DNA of 64,000 bases from Botryllus schlosseri (GCA_051294905.1 CM119384.1:23932001-23996000), one strand, 5' to 3'. Shown: positions 1 to 14,745, counted from the stretch's first letter. The notes: generated by a model from the sequence alone, not told the origin. A program made the numbers and translations.

Positions 1-2708
1 AACACCGAGTCGCAGCGCCGCTTTTCTATCAAGCTTCATCGATTATATATTGACCTAGACAGAAACCAAACAGTTGTTCAAATATACTCTTCAATTGTAT
101 ATTGAAGTTCTGTACCTCCAAGAAGCTGTCCAAATATACAGATGACTGAACATTCCGACATTTAACGCCTCCCCCCCCCCCCCGTCTCTCAAAATGAGCC
201 TCGGGAGATGATATCGGTCACTTGGAGAACTGATCTAATAAATAGTATATTATTGTTATTGTATAATTGATATAGAATATCAACCGACAATACGCCTGAA
301 TATCTCGCTACGATGCAATCAAAATTTCAATGCGTAGGCCTTTTCTTCCCCTATTGCTGAAGCAGCCGTTTCAAGAATAACTCCATAACGTTGGCCTTGG
401 CCCCACACTGAAATAGCCCTGATAGGAATTACATAATCGCAATCATGGGTTTCAACTCCCGTACACAGGAACAGGCAGGATATATTCGACGACTGAATGA
501 GGGCACCAATCAGCCAAAAACAAAATGTTAATAAGTACACGGAAACATCAGCAAGAGCTATGAAAAGGAATGCAATTCGCCACTGCTAGCAATTCTTACA
601 TAATTTATAATACGACGCACGACTGTTGCATAACAAGTCCAATCACGCAATAGAAGACGTAAATTAGGTTAAGCGTAATTCATAGTGAGGATATCGCGAT
701 AACTATACATTAGGCTCCCAAGTGAGGGTTACACCATCTGCAATGGATACACTTACACACTAACAGGCATAATAATTTTCACATTACACACAAAAAAAAA
801 CAAGCATACACAGTTGACGAACTTCGTATCAACGATCCTACCAATGAAGAAATATCTTAAAGGTTATTTGTAGGTCTCCGGCCATAGAGGCATTTACCCG
901 AACAACTTCTGAATTTTTGACAGCATTCAAACCTCGAAAATGTCTACGCACGTATTTTGAAAATCGCAAAAAGAATCAAATCCGGGGCAATTAATGACAC
1001 CTGTATTGCAGGATCGCGCATCCCAGACACCGATTAATACTGCAAAAGCACGTTAGGGACCGCATATCATCCCAGAAACTACATGCATCATTCACTTGGC
1101 AAGACTTCTAAGAAATGAAGAAATGCGCAACCCCGAATAGACAATATGATTGATGGTCAATGTCAGGCGAAACCGGAGTTTGCATGAGAAGGGGTCTTAT
1201 CTATACCAGAACAATCATAACTAGAAAGTTACATCTCCCTAGGTGCTCCTACTGCATACTGTAATTGACGTGAGAACATGATTGCGATGTAGAGTTAAAT
1301 CGAAGGTAACTAAAAAGTGGGTCAGGTAGTCATTTCTCGCTTGCACATCATTCACTGGCTATTAGTAATAATGGATTATATCAAGAACAAGTAGATCTAA
1401 AACATTTTATAAGCAAATCTGGTTGAGCATCAAGTTGAGTACCGTGAGCAACTGTACCATGATCAAACAAAGAAAGTCAATTGCTGTCCAAGTGTCCATG
1501 GTACATCACAACTTTCCAGTATTAGGAACCAAGTATGTTCAAAAGTTCTGCAATTCTCAACGATTCATAACCAGTGAATAATAACTGGTCGGTTTCATAG
1601 TGACAACGGTAGCAGTGGAGAAAAACAGTATCAACAAAGGCAATTTTGGCGCAGAATCAAATCAACTAGAAGAAAAACACATGCTGTAGCAAACTAGCAT
1701 TGTTGTTAGAAATATTCAAATACTCGACGGAAAAGGCATTTTGAGATTTTTTAGAAGCGCGCAGCAGCTTACTGTCTTGAAAACGCATGCACCGTACACA
1801 CAATTGGACAACTAAAAAAACTTTCCGTTTTTCCCAATCAACATTACAATTAGAATTACTGAATTTGCAAAAACTTGGAAATTGATTTCAATTGTGAATT
1901 ACAAAGAACTACACCCAAATCAAGTTCAGTTCATATCAAATCAGAGTCTATTTTCAAGCATAAGAATGGAAAATGTCTGTACACTAAGCTTGGCTTGTTT
2001 TGCACTTTACAGTTCTCCTGTACCATTTTTTGGAGAACCAGAAATCACACTACCTTATACAGCATTTCGCTGTTTTTAGTCTAATCAGGAAACTAGAATT
2101 ATTTAGTTGTCGGAACTGCATGCAAATGATACTTGCGGTGCATAAAACCACATAAAGCACCACATTAATGATAACACCTTGCAAGCACCTTCAAATGCAA
2201 TCTAATACTGCTTTGTTTTGATCTACATGATATTCATAAATAAGAAATCACAAGTAAAAATCTGAGATTATGTGTGCAAATCTATTGCATAGGAGCCTGC
2301 ACAACGGGTACCGCAATGTAGCGTGGCATGTATCAATCATGACAGCCATTGTTATGGGACAGTTCACTTTAAACTTCAGCGGGTTCTTCTTTCAAAAGCT
2401 TCTCTTCGTAAACCTGATCGCATTCCGCTTTTTCGTCAACACCTGGAACAATATCAATTGTCAGGTTTAAAGCAGCTTGAACTTTCCGTCAAAATTCAGA
2501 ATAGGAATCGGATACATTCATGATCGCTGCAATGTTAAGAGTTTTTCAGAATCGTGGTGAATAGATGGCAAATTCCGATTACGCAACAACATTTGCTACG
2601 GCCTGTTATTCACGTAAACATGTTCCAGCTGTACAGTGTTAGCCTAACTTGACGTGTTTGTTGCGCAAAGTGATTGAGTTGAAATTCCAGCAGCTTACAC
2701 CAGTCAAT

Positions 2709-3301
2709 AAGCCCATTTACATGGCCGTTTGGGTCAGCTTCGAAGCTGACTCGTCGATCCGACTCTCTCGTTTTTGAAAAAGAGAAAAACGCAGACGGCT
2801 TCAATCCGTCTTGAACTCAATCCGTTCCGCAGAGTCGCTTGGAGACGACTTGAACAGTACTGGTACTTGAAAACGAAACCAGACTACAGCAACATACCAA
2901 CATTTCATGTTCATATTTCACGAAACTGGCATGTATTTCAAATGGGTGAATATGAAAGCTCTATCAGTACATGATACCGCTTTTATAATATGTAGGCCTA
3001 CTTGGTCTTATTTGTTCAGCGTCACAACTTATGAAGCGAGTACAGCCAACAATATAACTTGCACAACTCACAATCAGAAAGAATATATACACGGCGTATT
3101 TGGTCATTCTAGAATTGTGTCGAAGTATTTCTGGATATCTCAACTGCTGTAGCATATTCCCGAGCTGAATCCCAAATTGCTGTGTATTACTCGAGCTGCG
3201 ATAAACATGACCATGTAAACTCGATCACTTTGGCAAGCCGTCTCATGACGTGACCCCAAGACGACTTGGCTTCAAGACGACTTGACCATGTAAATGGGCT
3301 T
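2709..3301. mobile_element. MITE (~590 bp) with terminal inverted repeats
   Basis: AAGCCCATTTACATGG (2709) and CCATGTAAATGGGCTT (ends 3301) are perfect inverted repeats. The flanks read either as an AAT TSD (2706-2708/3302-3304) or, shifting 1 nt, a TA TSD. No coding capacity. Confidence 0.8.
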
Positions 3302-3759
3302 AATGAGCCCGTTGAATGATCTCACGGGCATGTTCAACGCATGTGATCAGATTCTTCGAAAATGTAGCTTACAGCATGCTACACTGTGGTGTTATCCAAA
3401 AAGTTTATCACTAGGGTTGGTTGAATTGATGTCACATCGATACGAAACGAGTAGAGAAAATAAAGGTGTCAAAAGTACTTCAGCAGCAAAAAAAGAGGCA
3501 TAAGTCTACAAAGGCTTTATGAGGCTTGTAATAGGCCTGCGAGAAGCTACAAATTATCAGGATGCATCTGCATCAGTAACATAGAACGGAGGTTGAAAGC
3601 GAGCTATTTCAAAACTAGCCTATACACCTTGATAGTCAAATAATGAGATGAAACTGCCCCCAACGATATCACTATGTTCGGATATAGTCAAATATCACAC
3701 GCAAAGAAACAGATGTCTTGCAAACATTTCCATTATTGAATGGACGAAATTCACATGTA

Positions 3760-5085
3760 GGGGAGAGTGGGTAGGTATGGGCCACTAAATCTTACAAAGC
3801 TATAACTTGGCCAAACTTTGTCTAATATTCCTAAATTTCGGTATAGACTATCATTAGTTATCTGGCTAACTATTACTGGTAGAATTAAGCTAAAATACCC
3901 ATGTATTTGGAAGTGACATCAAATTTTGTAACAATACATCATTTTTGTAAGTAAAAAATAGGCTCCGAGGTATGGGCCGGGGGGTAGTGAGGTATGGGCC
4001 GCTGTCTGTATTGAATCAATAAATGCCATTCATATCCTGCAAACCTCAACTCTTGTCACAGTTACCAACAGTTTGTATATACTGATATAAAGCTGGGCTG
4101 GAAGTGGACAATTCATATATTTCAATTCCCGTATTGATTGAAAGCCGTAACGCATAACGAAACAAGATAACTAAAGATATGTAACATGAAAATTACTATC
4201 AAATCATGCTTCTTTCGCCTCAACTACCCCATCAAATCCAAATGTCACAGCTCTATCTCTTATTTAAGTGGGAGTGACACACCATGATACGTATTAGAGC
4301 ATATGATGACATACTGTGCCAACAAACTTTTCTCCCCGTCATTGAAGACAGTATTGGAAAACGATTTTTAAATCTTTTTCATGTGAGACTCATCCCCTGG
4401 TTTTCCATATACCTGTTTAATGAAGCTGTACCAATTTTATACTGACGGCATTCTTCTCTCCCTCCCATGCTTTAACGTTTCATATTGCCAAGCTCAGATC
4501 TGATTCTGAAAACTGGCTTTTTATGGGTTTCATGATTTACTTTCAAGAGATTGTATATGGGAGGGATAAGACCAACACCTTCCGTATTCTAGAGATAAAT
4601 ATATTTAATAGGATCATTCAAATATTGATTTCAGGTATATGTTATGCTGTCCCATACCCCAGCCTATTGAGGTATGGGCCGGCCCATACCCCAACCTGCT
4701 AAAAGGCCCATACCTCAAACACTCCATCTTGGGGATTCTTACCATAATTTCAAGATCCGAGAGATTGACAAAGCATTAAAACTATACTCTATAGGCAGCA
4801 TATTTCTATAGCTTTCACACCATATATAAGTCTAATCCAAACATGCACATATGTGGACTCAAACCCAAATTCCCTATTTTCAAATAAATTTACTTAAGGC
4901 CGAAAAAATTATATATCTCTAGCTGAGTCAAAAACTCCGCTGGCCTCATGGCTGTGAGTAACATGGGTGAGTCTGGAGCCTTTTACTAACAATCACAGAG
5001 CTTGGCAACCATATGGGATGTCACAGTCACCAGATATGGCAGTGGCCCACACCTCAACAGTGGCCCATACCTACCCACTCTCCCC
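3760..5085. mobile_element. Non-autonomous DNA transposon with TA target duplication
   Basis: TIR GGGGAGAGTGGGTAGGTATGGGCCACT at 3760 with its reverse complement ending at 5085, flanked by TA on both sides. The GGTATGGGCC/GGCCCATACC motif recurs internally (~3969, 3991, 4672, 4681, 4705). Confidence 0.85.
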
Positions 5086-6009
5086 TACACTACTGATCCT
5101 GGTCCAACTAGTGTTGACTTCTCTTCAGATGTCACAGCCTACCCAAAATAGTTCCAATATCAACGCTAGGTCTACATAGCAGCAGGTAGTGAATTAAGTA
5201 CCAAGGTTTTCTCTACATGACTACTTATTCAGTTAACATTTCAGACTACTTCAACTTATACTTGAGCAGTTTTTAGTTAAAACGACTTCATTACAATATG
5301 GATTTCTTGAAGTAAAAATTAGTTTTGGGATAAGTTTGCATGACTTCTACGAGAGAACTGCGTGCAATAAACCCCTGTACCACAGTAACTTGATGCTATT
5401 TTCCAAGATTCTACCTATTTGTAGTGTCATCAGTAATAGCGCGATAGTTGCAAAGATATATCTTGATATTGCAAAAGCAGGGTACTTTGATCAACTTCTA
5501 AAAGCATGCGCCTTCTCGACCGAATCTACTTCTTCGAGTCACTTGCTTGAATATGTTTCATTTATGACTTTTATTTAGTTCTGACAGGCCTTAGAAACTT
5601 TTACTTCCATTTGTAAATGTGTAGAGATTTACTGCATTATTTCTACCTCAGCTTGAGTAGCAACACTGACTCATTTGGCCAGCACTGCATACCACAAATA
5701 CTCTCACAAAATTAGCGCAAAATTATTTTATTGCAGAGCATTACCAATCAGAATATCTTAGGTTACACTACAAGTGGGTAATTCCTCTTCAGGCCAATCT
5801 GAAATAGATTTAGATACCACAGTTTTAGATTTTGCTAAAATTTGGAAAAAACATTAGGAAGTACCAGTATATCCGAATAAAAAACAATTCCTTTCAAAAG
5901 AATTACATCGGTAGATTTCAAGTTATCGCATGATAAAAAACAAGCTTTTCTAGCTCAACTGTTAAAATGGTGGATTTTTTATGCAGTTTTGAAATGGTCT
6001 GTAATTAGG

Positions 6010-8218
6010 CTATTTTGTACTTGAAAAGTTTGTCTTCATGTTATGTTGTATAAATTGACCCGCTTTACCTGCTTCCACAACTCCTTCTCGGCCTTTATCC
6101 GACTTGCAAAATCCCAGCACCCCAAACGGTCCGAGGGAGATCCAATACAAAAAGGCACAACTGAAGCAAATAATGGCTGTCACTCGAAATAACACTGTAG
6201 CTCCAAAGTGTTGATAGAGAAGACCGCCACACAACGCACCAAGCATGTTACCTACAAAACAAAGGGAATTTTAAGGCAAAATACAGTGACGTTAGTTGTG
6301 ATTACTTACCGATGCCCCAATAAACGGTTTGGCTGAACGAAATCAACGTAGCCACTGCATCTTTCGGTGCAACGACAGTCGCATACGAACACATCGCGGT
6401 CATAGGCAAAGCGAAAGAAATACCGTGTAACCATTCCACAGCAAGGATTTGCCACGCGTTAGTTATTACGGAATAGACGAAGAAGCGGATCTAAACAGAA
6501 GGAAACCGATTATAAGAACCATTACTATCACCTGTACCAACTACCGGATTTTCAAAATACGCTACTAGATCTAGGGCTAGAACATACAACCTTAAAAAAT
6601 CTACAACTAACTAACCAAATCACAACTAACCAATAATCAATATTATGAATTACGGAATTGCAAATGAGCTATCTACGGAATATGGGATATAGAATCGATA
6701 CTTCAAAATGACAGGTTTTTGCCCTCAAAACCCACTCCAGACTATGCCACTGTTAATACTTAATAGCTAGCAATGGCTTCAAGAATATCACACAACAAAA
6801 CACAAATATTGCGATTCACGGCAAAGGACAACACATGATTTTTAGTTGTTTCACAACTGGATATTTTTTAAATTCGCAACTAGAGCTAGGACTAAAACAT
6901 TTCAAAATCAGCAACTAGAACTAGTCAAAAGACCAGTATGCCTACTCTGGTCTTAGTTCTCCATCGAATTACTGGATTGATAGTTTGTACAAGTCCGATT
7001 ACCAAAAAAACAAAACTTATACTCACAGAAACTGCACATAATCCAATAGAAAGCACCGATACGTATCCAAACGTCTGACAAATCCATCCAGATATCCAAA
7101 ACATCGGAATTTCGGATAGGCAAGTGATCAGAACAGACAGTCCCAGAATCAACTGTCCGAAATCGTCGAAATCTTGCAAGTACCAAAACAGGTACGAATA
7201 TTGCACCCCAGTTGCAAACCCACTGACGAGAACGATGAAGAGGAAAAACAATATCTCAATCTTTACGAGCAGCAATTTCAAACCAAGCAAAATTCCTTTT
7301 GCTTTTGGCGCCGATATTTTGACCGATGTTACCATAACGACGAGAGCACCGACCCAAAACACGACAACGCTGCAAAACGCCACAAGGTAGTTCTTCGAAT
7401 ATTGGCCGTAAATCTCAACCGGGCTGACAACGTCCGTCAAATAGCCAACACCAAGTCCAACAATACCGAATCCCACAGCGCCCCACAATCTCTGAGCCCC
7501 GTAACTACCCACACGGTCCCTCCCCAGTGTGTCCATGGCAGATGAGTCTAACAGTGGTGTCATTGGAGCCAGAAAAAATGACATTAACGCCGTGAATGCT
7601 ACCAGAAGTGCAAATGTTACTCCATAGCTATCCTTGTTCTCTGAAGGTAACGTGCAGTTTACATGTGCGCCCGTGCACTCGACATACAGTTCACTATCCA
7701 TCACTACCGACGTATTCATGTCTGTAGAACAGATGGTATGATTGTCCACAGAAGTATTTCGATCACATACGACCCGTGATAATTCTCCAGCAGGCAAGCA
7801 GCAATCAACATTAACCGTGGTATATGCGGCTTCTTCGGAAGGTACGAAGTAGAATGGAATCGTGAATGCCACCGAGAAGAAAAACAACGATCCGATGATC
7901 ATTCTGTACGCTTTTGTCTTGTCGGTTACTAATCCAGCGATGGGAGGGGAGAACAGCGAAACAAGTTGCATTATTGCTTGTATTAATCCGTTCTGGGCTG
8001 TACTCATTCCAAGTTGCTTCTGGTATATTGACTTGTACGGAATGAAACTTGAGAGTCCTGGAAAAAAACACAAGCATGGGTTGTGCTGTTAAACACTTGC
8101 TGCCATTATAGCTACAGCTCTTACCTCCATAGTACATGAAATACAGTGTTTTGATTGGAATCAGGCTTGTATCAATCTTGCAGTCCCGCAGTCTTTTACT
8201 CTCTTTGCTTGCAGACAT
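6010..8218 (-). CDS. MFSD6: Major facilitator superfamily transporter, MFSD6-like (MFS_1_like); 4 coding exons, 515 aa
   Basis: Exons 8218-8125, 8057-7027, 6490-6310 and 6251-6010 are joined by GT-AG introns with consistent phases (1,0,1), giving 1548 nt. MFSD6-type motifs: KTLYFMYYGG-LSSFIPY, YGAQRLWGAVG, SEIPMFWISG, IRFFVYS, VEWLHGISFAL. The symbol indicates family membership only; orthology was not tested. Confidence 0.9.
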
Positions 8219-10025
8219 AGTCCAGGATGAGATCTAGCCTTATTCAGGTCCTGGCAAATCACGTAAATGTACAGTATGATCTACATATAAACATAAAACT
8301 ATTTTAATATTTTCGGTTGGCAACTTGGCTTATTTGATTCTATTCCAAGCTACTTCAAGCCAGTGTTGGGATGACTCGAGTCATGACTTGACTCGAGTCA
8401 GACTTTTTCGTATGACTTGACTTTACTTGAGTCACTTTGCAAAAATGACTGGACTTGACTTGACTCGACGCCTCAGAAATGCGGATTGACTCGTGACTTG
8501 GAGCAAAATTCACGAGTCAATTTCAAGTCATTAAGTAAACAATGTCGATTAAATCACCCTATATTATAATGTTTTGGTTGTTAGCGATACGCCGGTGTCA
8601 CTTGAGAGAGCAACCAGTTTTCAATAATTGTAAGTTTCACTGATCATCCATTGTTACATCACAAATAAATTGACCGCTTACGAAACCACCACACCTACGT
8701 TGTCGTAGTAGCAGTAGATTTATCTAATCGCATCGTATCTTTGTTTCTTAGGCAGCTTAGTGCTTTCATTGCGTAGTGCTCGCCTTTACCAACACTCTTG
8801 TATGATTTAAATCGAACGAATATAGTTTATGCCTTTATATTCTCACGGAGGTGTAGGTGGGTCGCGGCTATTGTACGACATCAATACCGTATCTTCAACT
8901 TCTCGAGGCTTCGTATTCGATCTTTTATATTGGCTGATAAAATCAGACTGTAGAGTAATTTTCTCTCTACATGCAAACGCCCGTCTCCACCCCATTTCAG
9001 ATCAAATTGAAAATTTTCACATCGGTCAGGCATTAAATTTGGTGCGTAACAAACTTTGTTTCGAGAAAATCGGACAATTCGTTACAGAGTTATTGCAATT
9101 TGAAAAATGACATTTTGGTATATGCTTATTGTGATAGACCTAAATTTTCAACTTTACTAATGGGGGTTAGGGGTCAAATGTCAATTCAAAGTCAACATGT
9201 TTTCAAAATCAGCCATGCGTAACAAATATGCAACTCTGCCTAGCGTCATTTTATTTAAACCGATTTTTTCGAGGAAGGTGTCAAATGGAAGCTTGGAAAG
9301 AGTAGAACTTTGCTGAATTGGTATTGCATGTGAAATTTGACTGCTTGTCTAAAACTTCATTGAAAAGATGCGCTCTAAATAGTGCATGACCTGTTCTGCA
9401 TAAAGTGTCAAAGTATATTTTTAACCATGTTCCTGTCTTATATTCAATTCATAACCAATTCTGATGGATTCTAATTGGTAACAGCTTTCATATGACACCT
9501 TACTTATGAATTTTGAGTTAGATAGAGTGGTGCCAGAGAGTTCAGAAATATCGTCACGCATCACTGATTTTAACATACTGGTATGTCAATTTTCAAATCC
9601 GGATTTGAACCTTGATTCTGTAATGCGGAGGGGAATTCCTAGTGAGTGAAGAACATGTACCACCAATCATTGCTTACCAGCATTACTACCTGCAGCCTTA
9701 GCAGTTATAATTATACGCAAATTTCATGGTTGAGTAAGCACGAAATTCTCATTCTCCATACTACAATTGCTCAAGAACTGATCAATAAAGTTATGTTAAT
9801 TAAATTATATTCTACTCAGAATTGGGTACTTAAGTTGTACATGATATTGCGGAGAAATCTGAGAGGGTGTGAAGACGAATTGAAATGTTATTTGGATGTT
9901 GACTAGAATTACTGATAGTCGTAAACCCAGAAGCACCCTTGCAAGCATAATGCACATGCAATAAATAAAAGTACTCTCTGAGCACGGCAATAATTATCTA
10001 CTGAAAGACATTATCATATAAGGAG

Positions 10026-12587
10026 CAGACATGGGGTGATTACTTTATGAATGCAATCGATTGCGATTACGATTACAATTACAGCAAAATCAGGAAGTAG
10101 TCGATTACAATTACATTGGAAAAGTAATCACGATTACTCACGATTACATTTGTTTTGCTTCTTAGGACTATAATCTTAAATGATATATCGGAAGACAATA
10201 CAAGGATGGCGATGAAAACGCTTCATGAGATATCAACTCTCTTCATACATCATGCGTCATTTGCTTCAAGAAGATTACGTAAGATTACGTCATAATATAC
10301 CAATTGCCCAACTTTATAGTGGATGATTTATCGCATCCAACAATTTGCATTATTGCCAGGTCTTTACCTACCACACCCCTAATTCCTTAATAGTGTGGGG
10401 AGCGTGCTCGAAGGGGACTCAAAGGTATTTGAACCAGTATAAATTATTTTCAATTTAATTAATTCTTTAAAATGTTCTTCGAGCTTTGCGATTCAAATGT
10501 ATCTAGTACAGGGGTCACCAACGCGGACCAAATGAGCCGCCCGCGGTCGCTGTAACAGTGGTGGCTTTTGGGTAGGCTTACCATATTTTGGAAATGTAAA
10601 AAGAGGACACTTTTTCAGAAATTTGAGACTTGCAAAATCGGAGAAGAATTCTCAAAAACCGGTTAATTTTTTCCACTTTGCGACCGGTTGACTAAAAAAA
10701 ATAAATAAAAAAAAAAGGTCATCACTTCGCGCTCAGAGCCCAAAATACCGTTTTTTTCTCCGCATTGCTAGGTGGATGACTAAAAAAAAAGGTCATCTTT
10801 TCGCTAGGAGCTCAATATAGCGTTTTTCGCTCCGAAGTACCCTCCGGAGCGTCACTTCTGTGCTAATTTACGGCATATCACTCGCAATTTGCTCTGAATC
10901 TGACCTCAATTTTCAAAAAAGAGGACAAAATCTCAAAAAAGAGGACAAAAGGGCGTCCTCCGAGGACACTTTCAAAAAAGCCAAAAAAGAGGACAAATCC
11001 TCTTAAAAGAGGACGTATGGTAAGCCTACTTTTGGGGTGGACGAGGTGGGCGGTCGCCTGGGGCCTCCCTGGTCGAAGGGTCCCCCAATTTGGATTATGC
11101 GCTTTTTTCAAGGATAATAACGAGTTAACATGGAAATCCGTGTACAAAGCATGAATAGGATTCTGTACAGATGTGTCAATCACCATCAAATCTCTGCATT
11201 TGTCAGAACAGTGGCATATCCCAATAATCATCACGTCTCTGCATGCGGTAGAATTACTTAGTTTTGATGTAGTATATCCTTGCACATATGAAAAAACAGC
11301 CATGGCCGAATCCAGCACCTGGCCAAGCCTTGCCGTTGGGAAAGATAGATAATGATAACCATAAGTTACGGATAGATACTTATAGGTGGGCCCGGTAAGC
11401 CACAACAATTTGTGTGTGCGTCTCACAAAAGATATTCTTTTAGTCTGCTACGTTTGGGCGAGTACAATATCTTTTGATTATACAACAGACTGAAGGTCGC
11501 GAATTAACAACATACAATAAAGTAATTATAACATACCAGATGCTATGATTATGAATTGCGTGCCCAGCTCTACAGGTAAATCTGATACTCGGGGCTGAGA
11601 GAGGTTATAAATGAATAGTAATATAATGCAATTACCAATATTATTGACGAAATTCAGTTTTGAAAATTGACCAACGGTTGGACAGGGGGACGAATTGCTG
11701 TTTGGGCTGAATTGCTGATTCTAGCTACAACCCACGCTAACATGTCATGCTATATAAGCGGATGGTTATGGCGGCAGGTCCGAATGCTAAGTAACGAACT
11801 GTGAAATAACGATTGACGCCTGTTTCAAGTAGTGATATGAGAATAAGATATAGAAAAAAAAGAAAAATTCTGCCTTCAACTTAATACATATACTGCGAGT
11901 TGCTGTTACGAGAAATGGCTAATCACGGCTCGGCTATGATATATATCAGCAGCTGTTCATTTGTAATGCTTTGTTGTGGAAACTGCAATTTTTCATTCGA
12001 CGAGTACAATATTCCGAATCTTCGTCAGGTACACGTGCGTACGTAGGCCTCCTGCTCGCCAAACAGCAACGGTAAACTGCGTTCAACTAACCACAACCAA
12101 ACATCACTAGATAAGTTACTATTTGAAACTATAGGCAGAGTGGTGATCAATATCCACTGCTGCGAGGTAGGGGCTTATGTAGTGTATTGATAACCTGATA
12201 TACACTACGGGAGGTGTTCTTACAATCACACTACAATGTCCATCGCATGTCTGTTTACCATGTGTGGGTACATCTTACGCAATGACGAGCGGAGATAATA
12301 CTTCTGACGTAATAATGAGTCAGTGGCGTTTGAAAACAGACGTTTGTGCTATCACTAACGTGCTATATTGTCTCATTCTTGTTCACGAATATTCAGTTTA
12401 TGTCATAGTCCTCGTATAAACAAAAAGTAATCGTTCTCTAACAAAAAAATCGATTAGATATGGGAAGTAGTCGATTACGATTAGGATTACTTCGGATTTT
12501 TTTCGAATGTAATCGATTGCGATTACTTCAAAATGCTGTACTAGTCGTAATCGATTACGATTACTAATCGCGATTACCCCATGTCTG
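10026..12587. mobile_element. Non-autonomous hAT, family with TIR CAGACATGGGGT (copy 1)
   Basis: CAGACATGGGGT at 10026 and ACCCCATGTCTG ending at 12587. GATTAC subterminal arrays. Degenerate 8-bp TSD ATAAGGAG/ATAAGTAA. The interior is homologous to 22399-25193. Confidence 0.85.
10573..11028. mobile_element. hAT MITE (TIR TAGGCTTACCATA)
   Basis: TIRs at 10573 and ending at 11028 with a perfect TSD CTTTTGGG. AAAGAGGACA is repeated internally. Confidence 0.9.
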
Positions 12588-14559
12588 ATAAGTAATAGAA
12601 TAAAGTCAAAATCAGATATTCACTGAATTAATATAACTAAAATTAATTAAAAAATGACCTATTTTGCATTATGCACCATATTATATTTTTAACCATGTTG
12701 CTGTCAAATAACAATAATAAAACTAAGTTTCGTGCATTCTAGTTGGAAACAGCTTTCAAATGACACCTTTCTTGTGAATTTTGGTTTAAATAGAATTGCA
12801 CCAGATGAGTTAAAAAATATCGTTATGCATCATCGATTTTAATATATGCCAATTTTGAAATCGCGTTTTGAACCTTGACCCAATACTATGGAGCGGGGAA
12901 ATCCGTGGTAAGTGAAGGACATGTACCAACAATTATTGCTAAATAACATTCAAACCTTGTAACCTCTGAGCTATATCAGTAACAATCATACACAGGTTTT
13001 GTGTTGCCAAATTTCATGGTTGAGTAATCACAAAATCATCATTTTTCAAACTGCAATAACTCGACAGCCGTTCAACAAAATTGTCCGAAATAAATTTCGT
13101 TGCACTCAGAACTAGATACTTCAGTTGTATATAAATTTAGAGAAAAATCTGAGAGGGTGTGGAGACGGATTTAAAAAATATTTGCATGGTGACAGGGAAT
13201 TACTCTGTAGCATGTAGCTATACAGTTACTCACGCATTTTATTATCAGTTTTACGCGTGCGTAAGCGATACAGCACCTTTTCGCATGAATATTTAACTTT
13301 TAATCGTCATTTGATTCAAGATAAATTGCCAATTAATCTATCCTTCACACAGTTAGCAAAATGTAATGACTTTGGATCATCACATATACTTCGAAAATTC
13401 AATTTGACTCGAATCATGACTTGACTTGACTCGACTTGACTCGAGTCACCTCCAAAAAACGAGTGACTTGACTTGACTCGAGTCACCTTTGAAAATCGAT
13501 TGACTTGATTTGACTCGAGTCAAAATGTGCAATTACTCGTTACTCGAAGGTAGTGACTTGATCCCAACACTGCTTCAAGCTAAGACTTGCACTAACTACT
13601 TGATTGTCAAAATACTCTGCTAGAGGAGACCTAGAAGCAAGAGCTATCCATGACTCTGAGTTAGCAATGGCTGCCTGAGAGAGAGAGAGAGTCTTTATTT
13701 TCATCGAACCAAAATACATAACAAACGGCAGTGATGGTGGTACAGAAAATATGCGTGCACAGTATTCGGTATTAGATAGGAATGATCGATAAGACCGTGA
13801 AAGTCATCTAGTCTGATCACACCAACATCAAATAGGTACACTTGACTCTGAACAGTCTGGCTGTAAAAAATGTTTACTTAAGAAAGGAAAATAGAAAAAA
13901 AATCAAACCATGGTAGCCCTGGCTGGGGCTGCAAGAACATCACACATACACGCAGCATAACACAATTCACGTCAGGGTCAATCGACGATGCTTAGAATAA
14001 AACTACTCACTATTTAAACAACTAGAACGATAACTTATGTAAAAATCATTTAGTTGATCAGCAGCCAACTAGATTGGAATTTGCACTAGTCTGGCTATGC
14101 AAATACCAGCCTAGGCTAGTGCTCACAAGCTGGCTGTCAATCTCCGTCAAAAGCCTATAGAAGAGATGCATCAAGTTCAGTCAGGCTCAGGGCGATAATG
14201 TTGCTTCCTGCGCTCACACATGTCTTCATTTTTTATTTATTTTTCATTAAATTACTTCAACTTGGAGAATCATCGCTGCTCACCTGATACATTAGGCAAA
14301 ACGTACCGAAATTCCAGTCCTCTGTGGGTAACAGAGACACGTAAAACGGAACTGGTAAAAGAGCACTAATAGGAGAGCTTGCAGATACAGAAACACCGGA
14401 ACGCAACATCTCAAGAAAACCTGAATCAGCGGTATGATGATAGCGATTACAGTACGGCACTATATGAATACAACACGAAAAGTGGAGTTCATTGTTCGGT
14501 GTTATATTACCATCTAGCGGTTGTATAATTTTGACAGTGATTTAGAGACGGACTTTCAG

Positions 14560-14745
14560 CATTCCCGTGGCCGGCCATGAAAAATGCTATTCTGTGGCCG
14601 GCCATGGTGGTTTTCACGGCCGGCCATGGAATTTCAGTATGGTCGGCCATGAAATTTCCATGGCCGGCCATGTCAAACTCATTCTCATGGCCGGCCATGA
14701 CTAAATTACATGGCCGGCCATAGCCAAATGTCATGGCCGGCTGCA
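14560..14745. repeat. Minisatellite-like array of (T)GGCCGGCCAT
   Basis: About 8 GG(C/T)CGGC(C)-type units spaced ~20-25 nt apart. A related array lies at ~36488-36650, and related short copies at ~22290-22360 and ~25690-25755. Confidence 0.75.

Larger units (their letters stand above)
9385..13205. repeat. Diverged direct dimer (~9385-9910 and ~12655-13205) split by the 10026-12587 insertion
   Basis: Collinear shared blocks, e.g. TATATTTTTAACCATGTT, AACAGCTTTCA.ATGACACCTT, AAATTTCATGGTTGAGTAA and AATCTGAGAGGGTGTG. Identity is roughly 70-75% by eye. Confidence 0.75.
8361..13572. mobile_element. Non-autonomous hAT element carrying nested insertions
   Basis: TIR CAGTGTTGGGAT / ATCCCAACACTG with a perfect 8-bp TSD CTTCAAGC (8353-8360, 13573-13580). 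Subterminal arrays of GACTTGACTCGAGTCA at both ends. Confidence 0.9.

Noticed and set aside
2380-5580. Minus-strand peptide-like stretches (IVPGVDEKAECDQVYEEK near 2400; hydrophobic run near 5400) as exons of a second gene
   Set aside because: No convincing splice sites or family motifs, and there are flanking stops.
10878-11426. 182-aa ORF and the many 60-130 aa ORFs in the track
   Set aside because: They cross MITE boundaries, lie antisense to TE genes, or use non-ATG starts, and have no recognisable motifs.
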